IMG/VR virus record: IMGVR_UViG_3300000756_000009
Coordinates: 17,465 to 81,464 of that record
DNA length: 64,000 bases
Source: a virus
Lineage: Duplodnaviria; Caudoviricetes
Reading direction: 5' to 3' (one strand)
The notes below the pieces were generated by a model, which saw only the letters and a list, made by a program, of their open reading frames with translations, was not told the origin of the DNA and ran no database searches. Numbering within the stretch: the stretch's first letter is position 1; each line of letters starts with the position of its first letter. The position numbers were made by a program, and so were the translations under genes. Of the stretch, positions 1 through 11,000 are shown one piece after another.

Positions 1-11
1 TGTTTGAACAA

Positions 12-2198
12 ATGAGTCAAGGACAAGAAGAAGTTTCTAATGAACCAGGAAGTCCTGATGATTTAAATAATAATCCTCAAGAAATTTCTAGAAATGAAAG
101 CTTGGAAGCTGCTGAGATGTCAGAAGAAGAAATGCAAGATCCTGGAATGGAAATGGGTAAATCAGGGATAGAAATTAAATCTGAGAATGAAGGCAAGTTT
201 ACTAGATGGGCTCAAGCACGTGGTATGTCTGTACAAGAAGCTGCAAGTAAAGTTATGTCTAATACAGATGAGTATCCACCAGCTGTAGTTAAGATGGCAA
301 ACTTTGCTAAGAATGCTGCTGGTTGGAAAAAACAAGATGGTGGTGGAACAGATCCTATTAATAGTCAAGTTAATTCTGGAATTAATAAAAGTAATAAATT
401 TGAAAGAGGTACAAGAATAATAGATCAGTATGCTCCTCAATTAAATATGAAACCTGATACATCATATATGTATCAATCTGATAATGGACCTCAATTTTAT
501 TCTAGTACTAAAAAAAATCCTGCTACAGATAAACCTTATTTTGAATATACTAATGGTAATAATACTAGTACAAACATGTCTAGTGATTCTACCAACATGT
601 ATATGAATAGAATAAAAGAGTTAGCTGGTTATCAAATGGGTGGTGTTCCTCAAGGTAAAGTAGCAGCAGTTAATAATGTATCTGCTGGTAATAAAGATAT
701 GAATTGGCAAAGTGCTCCATTGTATATGAACCCAATGGCATTTGAATCAAATGATAATTTTAGTTTAGGTAAAGCTGCTGCTGTTATTGGTGGTGGTTAT
801 AAAGAATTTTTAAGTGGTGCAGATGAAAATAAAGATGGTATCAAAGATGGTTTCTTTAGAGATGGTAAGAAAAAAGCAGGTATAAGAGATGCAACTAAAG
901 GTGATTATTATAATTATAAAGTTACTCAAGATGCTAATGATACAAATAAATATGTGTCAGATAATACAGATTTATTTAATGCTTCAAAAAATAAAGGTAA
1001 CTTAAGAACAGTTGATCAATATAATAAAGATGTATTAGATAACTCAAGATTTAATTATAATACGGCTACAAATAGTTATGATGGTATTCAAAGCAGTAGA
1101 CCAATAGATGAAAGAATTTATAATTCAGATAATAATAAAAATGCTTTAGCGGGTAAAGATTATAATTATTTAAAGAGTATGGATAAAGCTACCAAAGATA
1201 TGATTACTGGTACTAAAGATGATCCACAAGGAACTACACTTGGTATTGATGATAAAGGTCAAGCTTCATCTTATGCACCAGGTGCAGATAATCCATATGA
1301 ATATAATACTTATATGGGTATTAATAAACTGGGAGTTAATCAAAACTCAATCATACCTACTGGAAATAATGGTCAACCTACTGCCGGTATGTTTAATACA
1401 CAACCTACAAATACACCTCCAAGGATTCCGCAAAAATCATTTAATGAGTGGAAAACGTATGATGCTGTAAGAAATCAAAGTAAAAGTCCAAGTGATCTTT
1501 CATCTGAATATAGTAAATATCTCAATGAAGACTATCTTAAAGAAGAATATAGATATGGTGGAGATCTAATGCAAGTTGGTGGTGAACCAATGTCTAAAGA
1601 TGAATGGATGAATGCAAATGGAAGAGGTTTAATGGGACAAGAATCAATTGATGAAAATGATTATCAAAAATATGCAACTTCAATAAAACCACCAGTTGCA
1701 ACTCAAACACGTTTTACACCTTCAACAAGTTTACCATCATTTGCACCTTCCAGTTCATTTTTAGGAAAAACTCCAAGTACGCCAGCTGTACCAGCTGCAC
1801 CAACTTTTGAACCACCAAAAGTAGAGAGAACAAATAATATTGAAGGTGGTTTTAATAGATTTATGGATAGTCCGGGTATGCAAGGTTATACAAAATTGTC
1901 TAACTTTGCAGTGCAAGGTGCGGATCTAGTTAATGATTATTTTAGGGATAAAAGTATTAATCAAGCAAAAGAAGATAACTTTAATAAGTTAGGTGCTGAT
2001 TATCAATATGCTACTGCAGAAGATCCTTTCAATAAAAGAGGACTGTGGGATATTAATACAGGAACTGCAGGAAGTGAAGGAGATAGAACAACCGGTTTAT
2101 ATTTGAGTAAATACGGTGGTGAAAACAATACTGTAAATGTTGATTCAAATTTATTAGCAAAATTAATTGCAGCGGGAGCTGACATTGAAATATTATAA
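12..2198 (+). CDS. Putative virion cargo/internal protein (possibly 5'-partial)
   Basis: 728-aa ORF whose frame is open back to the window edge. It is low-complexity and N/Q/G/D-rich, carries the block KFTRWAQARGMSVQEAASKV..KMANFAKNA reminiscent of crAss-like cargo proteins, and has several (M/Y)xxGG motifs. First gene of a tightly coupled + strand block. Confidence 0.6.
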   Translation: MSQGQEEVSNEPGSPDDLNNNPQEISRNESLEAAEMSEEEMQDPGMEMGKSGIEIKSENEGKFTRWAQARGMSVQEAASKVMSNTDEYPPAVVKMANFAKNAAGWKKQDGGGTDPINSQVNSGINKSNKFERGTRIIDQYAPQLNMKPDTSYMYQSDNGPQFYSSTKKNPATDKPYFEYTNGNNTSTNMSSDSTNMYMNRIKELAGYQMGGVPQGKVAAVNNVSAGNKDMNWQSAPLYMNPMAFESNDNFSLGKAAAVIGGGYKEFLSGADENKDGIKDGFFRDGKKKAGIRDATKGDYYNYKVTQDANDTNKYVSDNTDLFNASKNKGNLRTVDQYNKDVLDNSRFNYNTATNSYDGIQSSRPIDERIYNSDNNKNALAGKDYNYLKSMDKATKDMITGTKDDPQGTTLGIDDKGQASSYAPGADNPYEYNTYMGINKLGVNQNSIIPTGNNGQPTAGMFNTQPTNTPPRIPQKSFNEWKTYDAVRNQSKSPSDLSSEYSKYLNEDYLKEEYRYGGDLMQVGGEPMSKDEWMNANGRGLMGQESIDENDYQKYATSIKPPVATQTRFTPSTSLPSFAPSSSFLGKTPSTPAVPAAPTFEPPKVERTNNIEGGFNRFMDSPGMQGYTKLSNFAVQGADLVNDYFRDKSINQAKEDNFNKLGADYQYATAEDPFNKRGLWDINTGTAGSEGDRTTGLYLSKYGGENNTVNVDSNLLAKLIAAGADIEIL

Positions 2199-2200
2199 CT

Positions 2201-4723
2201 ATGGCAAAAATTAAAATAAATAGTTTACCTGCAGGCTTTAAATTAGTTAATGGTAAAATAGAAGAAGATCAAATGATGAGAGAAGGTGGCTATGTAACTG
2301 GTGATCAAGCTGGTTATGGATTAGTTACTCTACCTCAAGAGTATTACAATAATGCTAATTTTAATACTACAAGAGATGAATCTGTTAGATACAGTTTATC
2401 TGGCGTACCCAGAGACAAAGCAAACATTGAAGCTGAAGGTGGTGAAACAGTATTAACTGATTTAAACAATGACAATCAATTTGGTCTGTACAATATTACA
2501 GGACCAAGACACTCTAAAGGTGGTGTGCCAATGTTTTTACCAGAACAATCTTTTATCTATTCTGATACAGATAAAATGAGATTTAATCAAGAAGAGCTTG
2601 CTGAGTATGGTATAGAAACTAAATTAAAAATGACTCCTGCTCAAGTATCTAAAAGATATGATCTTAATAAATATTATGGTACTATGCAAGATCAATTTGC
2701 TGATGAGATAACTGCACGTAGTTCTGAACTTATGTTAAAGAAAAACATGATGGGTTTATCTAAATTAGCATTTGGTCAAGAACTTAAAAAGAAATTTGAA
2801 GATGGGGTGCCTTTAGCAGCTCATCCATACTTAGTTTCTATTGGAGAAGACCCTATAGACTTTACTGCAAAAATGGAAAACATTACTAAGAAACAAGCTC
2901 AGATGAAAGCCTTTGCTGCTTTATCTCCTGATCAACAACAACAGTTATTACAGTTGCAGGAAATGATGGCTCAGATGGATGAACAACAACCTCAACAAGA
3001 ACAATCTTTTGAAGATCCTGGTATGCAACAACAACAATTAGCTATGGCTGATGAAGATGTTATGGCTATGGGTATGCCTGAAGATGGTATGGCAAGATAT
3101 GGTAGAGAAATAGCTAAGTACCAAGTTAAAGGTGAAACTCCTACTAATCCTTTTAAACCTGGTACTGAGAATTATGCAAAAGCACAAGAGATGATTGACT
3201 CTGGTAAATATGAAATGGTTAAAGGTGATGTTGTAAAGGGTCAACAGATGTATCAATTTAGAGAAATTAAAACTGAAGATCCAAAATTTAAAGCAGATAG
3301 AGAAGCTCAATTAAAAAAAGAAAAGATTTCTGGTCAAAATCAAAAAGGGCAGGGTTCTGTATCTATTTATGGTGAAGTTATTGCTGGTCAAGAAAAAGCA
3401 ATAAATGAAAGCCCTATTGGTATTTATAAGTCTGGTAGATTATCAGCAGGTAATAGACCCGCACTTCAAAATAAAACTGGTAAAGCATATGGTTCTGCAG
3501 ATATAAAAACTCCAGAATCAAAAGCAGATTTTATGGATAGATGGAGTGATGTTGCTGCAACAATACCCGGATTTGATTTTGATAAAGCACCCGATGATCC
3601 TCAATGGGCGCAGTTTCAAACAAAAGCTGAAGATGTTAGAAGAAAAGAACATATTGCAGCATTTGGTAATGATAAAGATTATGAACCATATTGGAAAAAA
3701 CCAGGTGATAAAGGTTATGTTAGGGGTCAAGGCTTTGATAGTAAACTAGGATTGCATACTTATAATGCTCCACGTTTTAGACTTAATCCTGTAAAATCTA
3801 ATGATGTTGAATTAGGTCTTGATATTCCAGAACCAGAACCAGATCCAAAAAAACCTTTAGAAACTTCTCAACTTCAAGAATATATACAACCTCAACCAGA
3901 ATGGTGGAGACAAGATGTAAATAATTTAAATGCATTAAATTTAATTGATGATAATTTATATTTACCATGGGCACCAGATGCTGCACCAGCTAAAATAGAT
4001 TATGTATTAGATGACTGGAGAAGTAATGCTAATGCAAATTTATCAGCTGCAAATACTATGGCTCAAGCATTAGGTGCTGCAGGTGGACCACAAGCTGTGG
4101 CTAATTCAAATATTCAAGGTACTGCAATGGATGGAATTGCTCAAGGTATTAATAGAGTTAATACTAATAACGTTGGTATAATGAATCAGGTAGCTCCAAT
4201 GCAAGCTCAATTAAATATGCAAGTTGATGCAATCAATCAAGGTAGAAACATGAAGGTTTATGATGATACCCAAAAGACTTTGCAAAATAGTGATAACTTT
4301 CAGAATTGGAAGATTGGCAAACAAGCTGAACTATTTAATACTGCACTTACTAATAGAGCTAACACATATAACTTAAATTCAACATTTGATCACTATGCTA
4401 TAGATCCAACATCAGGAGGTGGTATTAATTATACAAATTCAAGAGCTTATGAAAAAGTTGGACCACAACCAGATAGACAAAAGGCTTTTCTAGATGCATA
4501 TACTACATTAAGAAAAAACTTACCAAAAGATCAAACAGTTGATAAAGGTATAATGGAAATGTATATGGGTATGGCCCCTAATGAAAATCCTAATATAACC
4601 AATGCACAAGCAGAATTACAAAGAAGAGGTTTACCTCAAGTTGGTCCATTGTCTCAAAATAAAAGAGGAAAAGAAATAAAAAGAATGATAGTACCATTCT
4701 ACACAGGAAAGATGGGAGCATAA
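2201..4723 (+). CDS. Putative virion cargo/internal protein
   Basis: 840 aa starting 2 nt after the previous stop. Carries NIEAEGGE and GPRHSKGGV motifs recalled from Bacteroidota phage virion proteins, plus a Q-rich linker. Confidence 0.6.
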   Translation: MAKIKINSLPAGFKLVNGKIEEDQMMREGGYVTGDQAGYGLVTLPQEYYNNANFNTTRDESVRYSLSGVPRDKANIEAEGGETVLTDLNNDNQFGLYNITGPRHSKGGVPMFLPEQSFIYSDTDKMRFNQEELAEYGIETKLKMTPAQVSKRYDLNKYYGTMQDQFADEITARSSELMLKKNMMGLSKLAFGQELKKKFEDGVPLAAHPYLVSIGEDPIDFTAKMENITKKQAQMKAFAALSPDQQQQLLQLQEMMAQMDEQQPQQEQSFEDPGMQQQQLAMADEDVMAMGMPEDGMARYGREIAKYQVKGETPTNPFKPGTENYAKAQEMIDSGKYEMVKGDVVKGQQMYQFREIKTEDPKFKADREAQLKKEKISGQNQKGQGSVSIYGEVIAGQEKAINESPIGIYKSGRLSAGNRPALQNKTGKAYGSADIKTPESKADFMDRWSDVAATIPGFDFDKAPDDPQWAQFQTKAEDVRRKEHIAAFGNDKDYEPYWKKPGDKGYVRGQGFDSKLGLHTYNAPRFRLNPVKSNDVELGLDIPEPEPDPKKPLETSQLQEYIQPQPEWWRQDVNNLNALNLIDDNLYLPWAPDAAPAKIDYVLDDWRSNANANLSAANTMAQALGAAGGPQAVANSNIQGTAMDGIAQGINRVNTNNVGIMNQVAPMQAQLNMQVDAINQGRNMKVYDDTQKTLQNSDNFQNWKIGKQAELFNTALTNRANTYNLNSTFDHYAIDPTSGGGINYTNSRAYEKVGPQPDRQKAFLDAYTTLRKNLPKDQTVDKGIMEMYMGMAPNENPNITNAQAELQRRGLPQVGPLSQNKRGKEIKRMIVPFYTGKMGA

Positions 4724-4782
4724 ACTTTAAAAGTTTTATGATTTATCTTGTTAAACTTAATAAATTTTAGTAATTTACAATT

Positions 4783-7700
4783 ATGGCAACATACGTACCA
4801 GGAGTAGAAACATACTTACCAGACATCAAACCATTTACACCAGACTATAAATTTTTGTCTGCTGTACTTGATGTTAGAACAGATAAGTATAATACCAATT
4901 GGAAGGCAACTAATGACCTTTACAATAAAGTTGTTTATGCGGATTTGTCCAGAACAGATACCAAAGAACAAAGAGATCAATATATAAATCAAATAACTCC
5001 ATCTTTAGAGAAAATCTCAGGGATGGATTTATCAATGGTACAAAATGCTGACTCTGCTAAAGCAGTGTTTGCTCCATTCTTTGAAGATGATTTAATAGTC
5101 AGTGATATGATGCATACTTCTAACTTTAGAAAAGAAATGGATTATGCAAATAGACTTATGGGTTCTCCAGATGATGAGATGAGGGGTAGATATTCAGTTG
5201 ATGGAGTAAAGGGTTTACAATATCATATGGAAGATTTTGTAAACGCTTCTGCTGATAAAGCAATGAAAATGGGTTTACCTAAATTTATTGAAAATGCTAA
5301 CATAATGGAGATGTCTCAGAAAATTTTAGGTGAAATGAAACCACCTCTAAAAATGAGGGTTGATCATTTTGGTTTAAATCCTAATAAAACAGTTAATACT
5401 GAATGGGTTATTACAGAACAAAATGGTAATTTAGTTACAGGTGCAGCATTACAATATATTCAGAAAGCTTTATTAGATGATCCTAGAATACAAAGACACT
5501 ATCAGAATCAAGCTTTTGTAAGAGGTAGAGATTTTGCTGCAGAAGGTATAGCTAGAGGTGATTTTGCAACTAAAGAAGAAGGTCAAAATGCTTGGGCATC
5601 TGAAACTATTAAAAGAATAAATCAACAAAATGAATATTATTTAAAGAAAGACATTAAAGCTTTAGAAACTGCTGAAGATGTAAATGTTAGATGGGATAAC
5701 TATCAAAAAAGTAATGGTATTGTTCCAGGATCAGATGATGAAAAAGCAATGCTTGGTGAACGTTCATCTTATGAAGCAACTAAAGCTGCATTAGATGCAA
5801 AGGTAAATATTCAAAAAATAGCTAATGCTCCTGTAAAAGATTTTGAAGGCACATTAAATAAAGCTTATAGTCTTTTGATGCATAATAATATATCAAAAGA
5901 AATGCAAGCAGCTGCTCAAGAGTATGGTGCTAGAGATATGGAGTATACTATGAAAGTTAATGAGTATGCTAAACAACAAAAGCAGTTTCAATTTGATATG
6001 GGTAAAATTGCACAACAACATATAAATGCAAAAGAGTTGGCTGCTATTAAAAAGAAAGATGATTTAGATTTGGCAGCAGCAAAAGGTGAACTTGTATCTC
6101 AAAATCCTTTATTAAATATATTAACAGGTGGTGGAGCTGAAGCTGGTGGTGCTGCAAATGCTGACTTTCCAGTAGATAAATATGGAAAACCAGATCCAAA
6201 TGTAGATGTAGTTGATCATTTAACTGATCAATATGTTTTACCAAGAACTGCAGCTAGAGATTTAGAACTTGATGCTGCAACTAGTATATTAACATTTTTA
6301 AAACCTGTTGGAGATAAAGATCTTAGTGGTAATGCTACTCAAAAGTATACAATAAAAGTAGCGGGTACAAATTATACTGGATCAATTGATCAAATAAAAA
6401 AGAAACTTGGTACAAAAACTGAAAAAGGTGGATATTTATATTGGGAAGATATAGATGCTTTATATCAAGAACAATCTAAAATATTAAATGACCCAAAACA
6501 AATGGGAAGTAAGTACCCTGGTTTAGCAAATAGTAAAATGTATAATGATTTGTATGAAAAAATATATTCACCTAAAGGTATTAACACAACAATTGAAGTA
6601 CTTGATAGAACATATGAAACTGTAATTAATAAGTATAAAAATATACATGATCAATCTGTAGTATTGGTTCAAGGTGAAGATGCCAACGTTAAAGCTTCAA
6701 TGCAAGAGGGTGGCATGCCAGGAATATATAAAACATTACCTAGTGGTTTACATAGACAATTAACTAAACCTGAATACATTGCTAATGTAGTAGAACTTAT
6801 TAAACAAGGAAAAGTTAAAAATATAGATTTAATTGGATGGGATACTGGTACAAGTAGTAGTAATTATATGCACACTGTTAAAAAAGGTACAGGTCAATAT
6901 TATACCACTAGAGATGGTGAAGGAGGTAGTATAACAAAAGAAAGACAGACAACTGTAACTGAATTAGATATGGCTGCTATTGAAGCTGAAGCAGGACATG
7001 TATATGATAAAATTAAAATAAAAACTAATGCTGCTGCAACAGGCCGTCTTGGTGATAAGTATGATACGGGAACTTTTAAAGGTACGTTAGCTGGAAGATC
7101 GGGTGCAACTGATATGTTTATATCACCAGTTTATAAAGCACCTATAGATCCTTTAAGTAATACATCAGAAGGTCAAACTACTTTAGCTCAAATGATAACT
7201 CAAAAAAAGATGTTAGATGCACAAGGTGGTGGATATACAATGGTTCTTGGTAATTTATCAGATAAAAAAGACAAAGCATCTATAGCTACTGATGCATTGG
7301 CTACTAAAGCATATAATGCTTATATAGCTGATATGACAACATGGTTGGGTAATCCTAAGCGTAGTAATACAGCGGGTATTGCACCAAGAGCAAACATTAT
7401 ATATTCTGGTACATTAGGTGCTGCTGGTGAAGGTAATAAAACTACAGCTGGTTATACTATTGATGGATTTAATGAATGGTTATCAAGTAAAGTTAAAGGT
7501 TCAGCAACAGAAGCAACTGGTGCTGCAGGAGAATATGGTTTATTTAGTAAACCCGAAGTAGATGCATTGAGAAGTGGAATTAGTATGGTGTTTGATAAAA
7601 AACAAGATATAAATCCTAGAGCAGAACGCAATCAATATTATTCAAATGTATTATCAGCTGTTGAAGCTAGTCCTGATAAATTTGCAGAGTATACTTATCC

Positions 7701-7974
7701 TGGAATAGATGGTATGACACCAACTGCAACATATAGAATTGTAAAAACAGGAACAGATCAGTTTTATGCTACATATAAGTATAATACTTATCAACCTAAT
7801 GGTACATATCTTGAAAGTGATTGGAAACAAGTTCCAATACAAACTGGTAATTTTAATGTAGCTCAGGCAGTTGATGCACAAGTAGAAAAATTACAACTAG
7901 AATTTGAACAAATAAAAAAAGCGTCCACAGAAGATTATAATAGAAATTCTGCTGTTAAAGGTAGAAAAAACTAA
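4783..7974 (+). CDS. Putative virion ejection/cargo protein
   Basis: 1063 aa with a predicted helical N-terminal half (MATYVPG..PDIKPFTPD). Lies directly upstream of the virion RNAP gene, as in the crAss-like cargo gene order. Confidence 0.6.
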   Translation: MATYVPGVETYLPDIKPFTPDYKFLSAVLDVRTDKYNTNWKATNDLYNKVVYADLSRTDTKEQRDQYINQITPSLEKISGMDLSMVQNADSAKAVFAPFFEDDLIVSDMMHTSNFRKEMDYANRLMGSPDDEMRGRYSVDGVKGLQYHMEDFVNASADKAMKMGLPKFIENANIMEMSQKILGEMKPPLKMRVDHFGLNPNKTVNTEWVITEQNGNLVTGAALQYIQKALLDDPRIQRHYQNQAFVRGRDFAAEGIARGDFATKEEGQNAWASETIKRINQQNEYYLKKDIKALETAEDVNVRWDNYQKSNGIVPGSDDEKAMLGERSSYEATKAALDAKVNIQKIANAPVKDFEGTLNKAYSLLMHNNISKEMQAAAQEYGARDMEYTMKVNEYAKQQKQFQFDMGKIAQQHINAKELAAIKKKDDLDLAAAKGELVSQNPLLNILTGGGAEAGGAANADFPVDKYGKPDPNVDVVDHLTDQYVLPRTAARDLELDAATSILTFLKPVGDKDLSGNATQKYTIKVAGTNYTGSIDQIKKKLGTKTEKGGYLYWEDIDALYQEQSKILNDPKQMGSKYPGLANSKMYNDLYEKIYSPKGINTTIEVLDRTYETVINKYKNIHDQSVVLVQGEDANVKASMQEGGMPGIYKTLPSGLHRQLTKPEYIANVVELIKQGKVKNIDLIGWDTGTSSSNYMHTVKKGTGQYYTTRDGEGGSITKERQTTVTELDMAAIEAEAGHVYDKIKIKTNAAATGRLGDKYDTGTFKGTLAGRSGATDMFISPVYKAPIDPLSNTSEGQTTLAQMITQKKMLDAQGGGYTMVLGNLSDKKDKASIATDALATKAYNAYIADMTTWLGNPKRSNTAGIAPRANIIYSGTLGAAGEGNKTTAGYTIDGFNEWLSSKVKGSATEATGAAGEYGLFSKPEVDALRSGISMVFDKKQDINPRAERNQYYSNVLSAVEASPDKFAEYTYPGIDGMTPTATYRIVKTGTDQFYATYKYNTYQPNGTYLESDWKQVPIQTGNFNVAQAVDAQVEKLQLEFEQIKKASTEDYNRNSAVKGRKN

Positions 7975-8015
7975 AAAATCACTAGATTTACAAAAAATAA
8001 TTCAGGTACTAATAC

Positions 8016-11000
8016 ATGGAAAATCCAATTGAAAATAATAGTTTAAACCAAACAATTTTAAATAATCAAGTTACAGAAAGTGTTATCCCAAAAGATAATT
8101 CATTTCAACCTGTAATGGATATGTTTGATAGTGAAGAAAACAATGTTCTGATGAGCAGAATAGATTTAGCTCAATTGCAACAACTTGATGCATTAAAACC
8201 AATGATTGATAGTACCGGAATTAGATCTAATGGAAATGCTGCTGCAAGAAGACCCACACTATCTTCTAATACATTTGATCCTGTTCTTCAACAAAATCCA
8301 CCAAACTTAAAAGAACCCGGTGGAATTGAAAGATCTATAGAACAATCATTGAATGAAGCTTTTCAAGAAAGTCAAGGAAATATAAAGCCCGGAACTGGTG
8401 TAGCTGCACCCGCATTTGCTAGTATGGTTCAAAGTAATTTCAAACGTTATTATGAGCATCCTGAATTTCAAAAATTAGGATGGAAACCATATGCAGATAA
8501 TGAAGCATATTATAATGCTAACTCAACCATCTATGATGATATGAGTAGAATGTGGGGTCAGTTTGGAAGTTTAGTGGGAACAGGATTTGTTGGTGGATAT
8601 AGAGACATTGGTGACATGTTTAGTGGTGAATCAATGGTGGCAGATTTAAAATCTGCAAATGAGTTTGAAGATGCTATGGCAATTGGTAGTTCAACTAGAG
8701 GTGGTGCTTTGGGTTTTACAAATAATTTATTATTAAACTCAGCATATACAGTAGGAATTATTAGTTCTATTGCAGTAGAAGAATTGGCATTAGCTGCATT
8801 AGAAGTAGGAACATTTGGTGGAGCAACACCACTTGTAGCTGGAAGAAGCGTACTTAATGCAGCAAGATTAGCTGAATTAGCAAAAAATGTAGGTAAAGCA
8901 ACTTCTATTGGTAGAATGTATAGTTCAGGAAGAACTATGATGAATACTTTAAAAGGTATTGATGCAGCAAAAGATTTTTGGACAGCTAGTAAAATTGGAG
9001 GTAAAGCTTTTGCTGGTATTTTTGCTCCTGAAACTATAGCCGCTGTTAATAGATTGCACACTACAGAAGTAGTTGCTCAAAATTTAAACAATATGGCTAA
9101 AGCATCTGAGTATGCTGGAGCATTTTATAGAGATGCTAGAGCTTTAAATTTAGCATTATCAGAAAGCAGACTTGAAGGAGGTATGGTCTATAATCAATTG
9201 ATTAAAGACGGTATGGATATTAAATTTGCTGAAAACAATGGTAGTCCCGTAACAACAGAACAAGTTGCAGATATTCAAAACAATGCACATAAAGCTGCAT
9301 TTGCAACTACAATGACAAACATGCCTATAATATACATAACTAATAAATTAGTTTTAGGTAATTCATTGGGAGGTTTTAATAAATCATTAGGTAGAATATT
9401 TAATGAACAAGCAAAAGGTATTGGAAGTAGAATTATTAAAACTGCACAAACAGTTGGAAAAGATGGTGTAAAATCATTATCTCCATTTAAAGATGCTGGT
9501 ACAGGACTTAAAGGATTAGCTACAACACTTGGTAATGCCGGAGTTAAAGGTAACTTATCTAAGTTAGGTCAAGGTTCATTAAGGTATTTTGCAGCAAACT
9601 TAGGAGAGGGTATACAAGAACTTTCTCAAGAAGCTATTTCTGCAGGTACTAAAAACTATTACACTTCTGTATTAAAAGATCCAATGAATGGAGGATCTGA
9701 ATTATTTAATGCTTCTGTTAATGCTGGAATAGGTCAACAATTTTCATCTCAAGGATTTGAAACATTTATGTCAGGATTTTTAATGGGTGGTATAGTTTCT
9801 GGGCCACAAAAATTATTTTTCCAAGGTGTACCTGCTTTATATCAAAGGGTTTCTAATCCAGAAAAATATGCTCAGTATAAACAAAATAAAGAAGACTATG
9901 TTAAATCTGTAGTTGATACTTATAATGCTGTTTGGAATGAACAAGCACAAGATCCTAATTCAATTTTTGATCCTAAGAGATATAATTTTTTATTACAAAA
10001 AGCTGCAGCTCAAGGAAAGACATTAGCATCTATTGCTTATAATCAATTTGATTTTATTGATGAAACTGACTTTGCTAAGTTTCAACAGATCCATACTGTA
10101 TTAACTACAGGTGGTGCTGCATTATTTCAAGATCAGTTAACTGATTATATGAAAATGTCTGATGAAGATTTAGCTACGGCTTTTCCATCAAGTAAAGCAG
10201 ATGTTAAAAACGGAAAGATTAGAGAACGTCTTCAAAGTATGGTCAATCAAATTGATAAAACTGAAGAAGTATATAGTCAATCAAAAGATAGAAATCCAAA
10301 TCCATTTACACCTGAATCTTATGAAAAAGGTTCAAGACAATGGACAGAAGAAACACTTAAGAAAATTGCATTTGAACATGCAAGATATCTTTACATGTTT
10401 ACCCAAGATGGATTTACTAGAGCATTAGAAAGATCAAATAGCATATATCAAAATTTAGCAGCTGAACCATTGTTTGAAAAAATGGCAGCTAGTGATTTAA
10501 CAGTATTATTGGATCAAGATTCTATTGATAAAGAAATACAAATGTTAACTGAAGAGGCTATTATTTTATCAGGAGATAAAATCAATGAAACTAAAGTAAA
10601 AGAAAAAACAGAAAAAATAGAAAGATTATCTGCATTCAAAAACATATTGCTAGAGAATCAAAATAAAGATGGTTCTTTTAATAAAAAGAAAATAGGATTA
10701 CTTAGAAAAGAGTTTGAAAACTATGTTAAATACATGGCTCAAGCATCAGGTACTTTTGTAAATAAAGATAATATTGATGCTGCGTTAAAACAAATTATAG
10801 ATTATACAGCATTAAAAGGTAGAGCTAAAGTATATGATAAAGCAATTGAGTATTTGAATGATCCTCAAAAGTTTGATGTTATATTTCAAAGAACAGCTGA
10901 AGTATTACAAGAACAATACAAAAACAGAAAATCAATATTTGAACAACAAGTACGTGATTATACTGAGGTAATTGAAAGAACTGAATTAGCAAATCAAATT

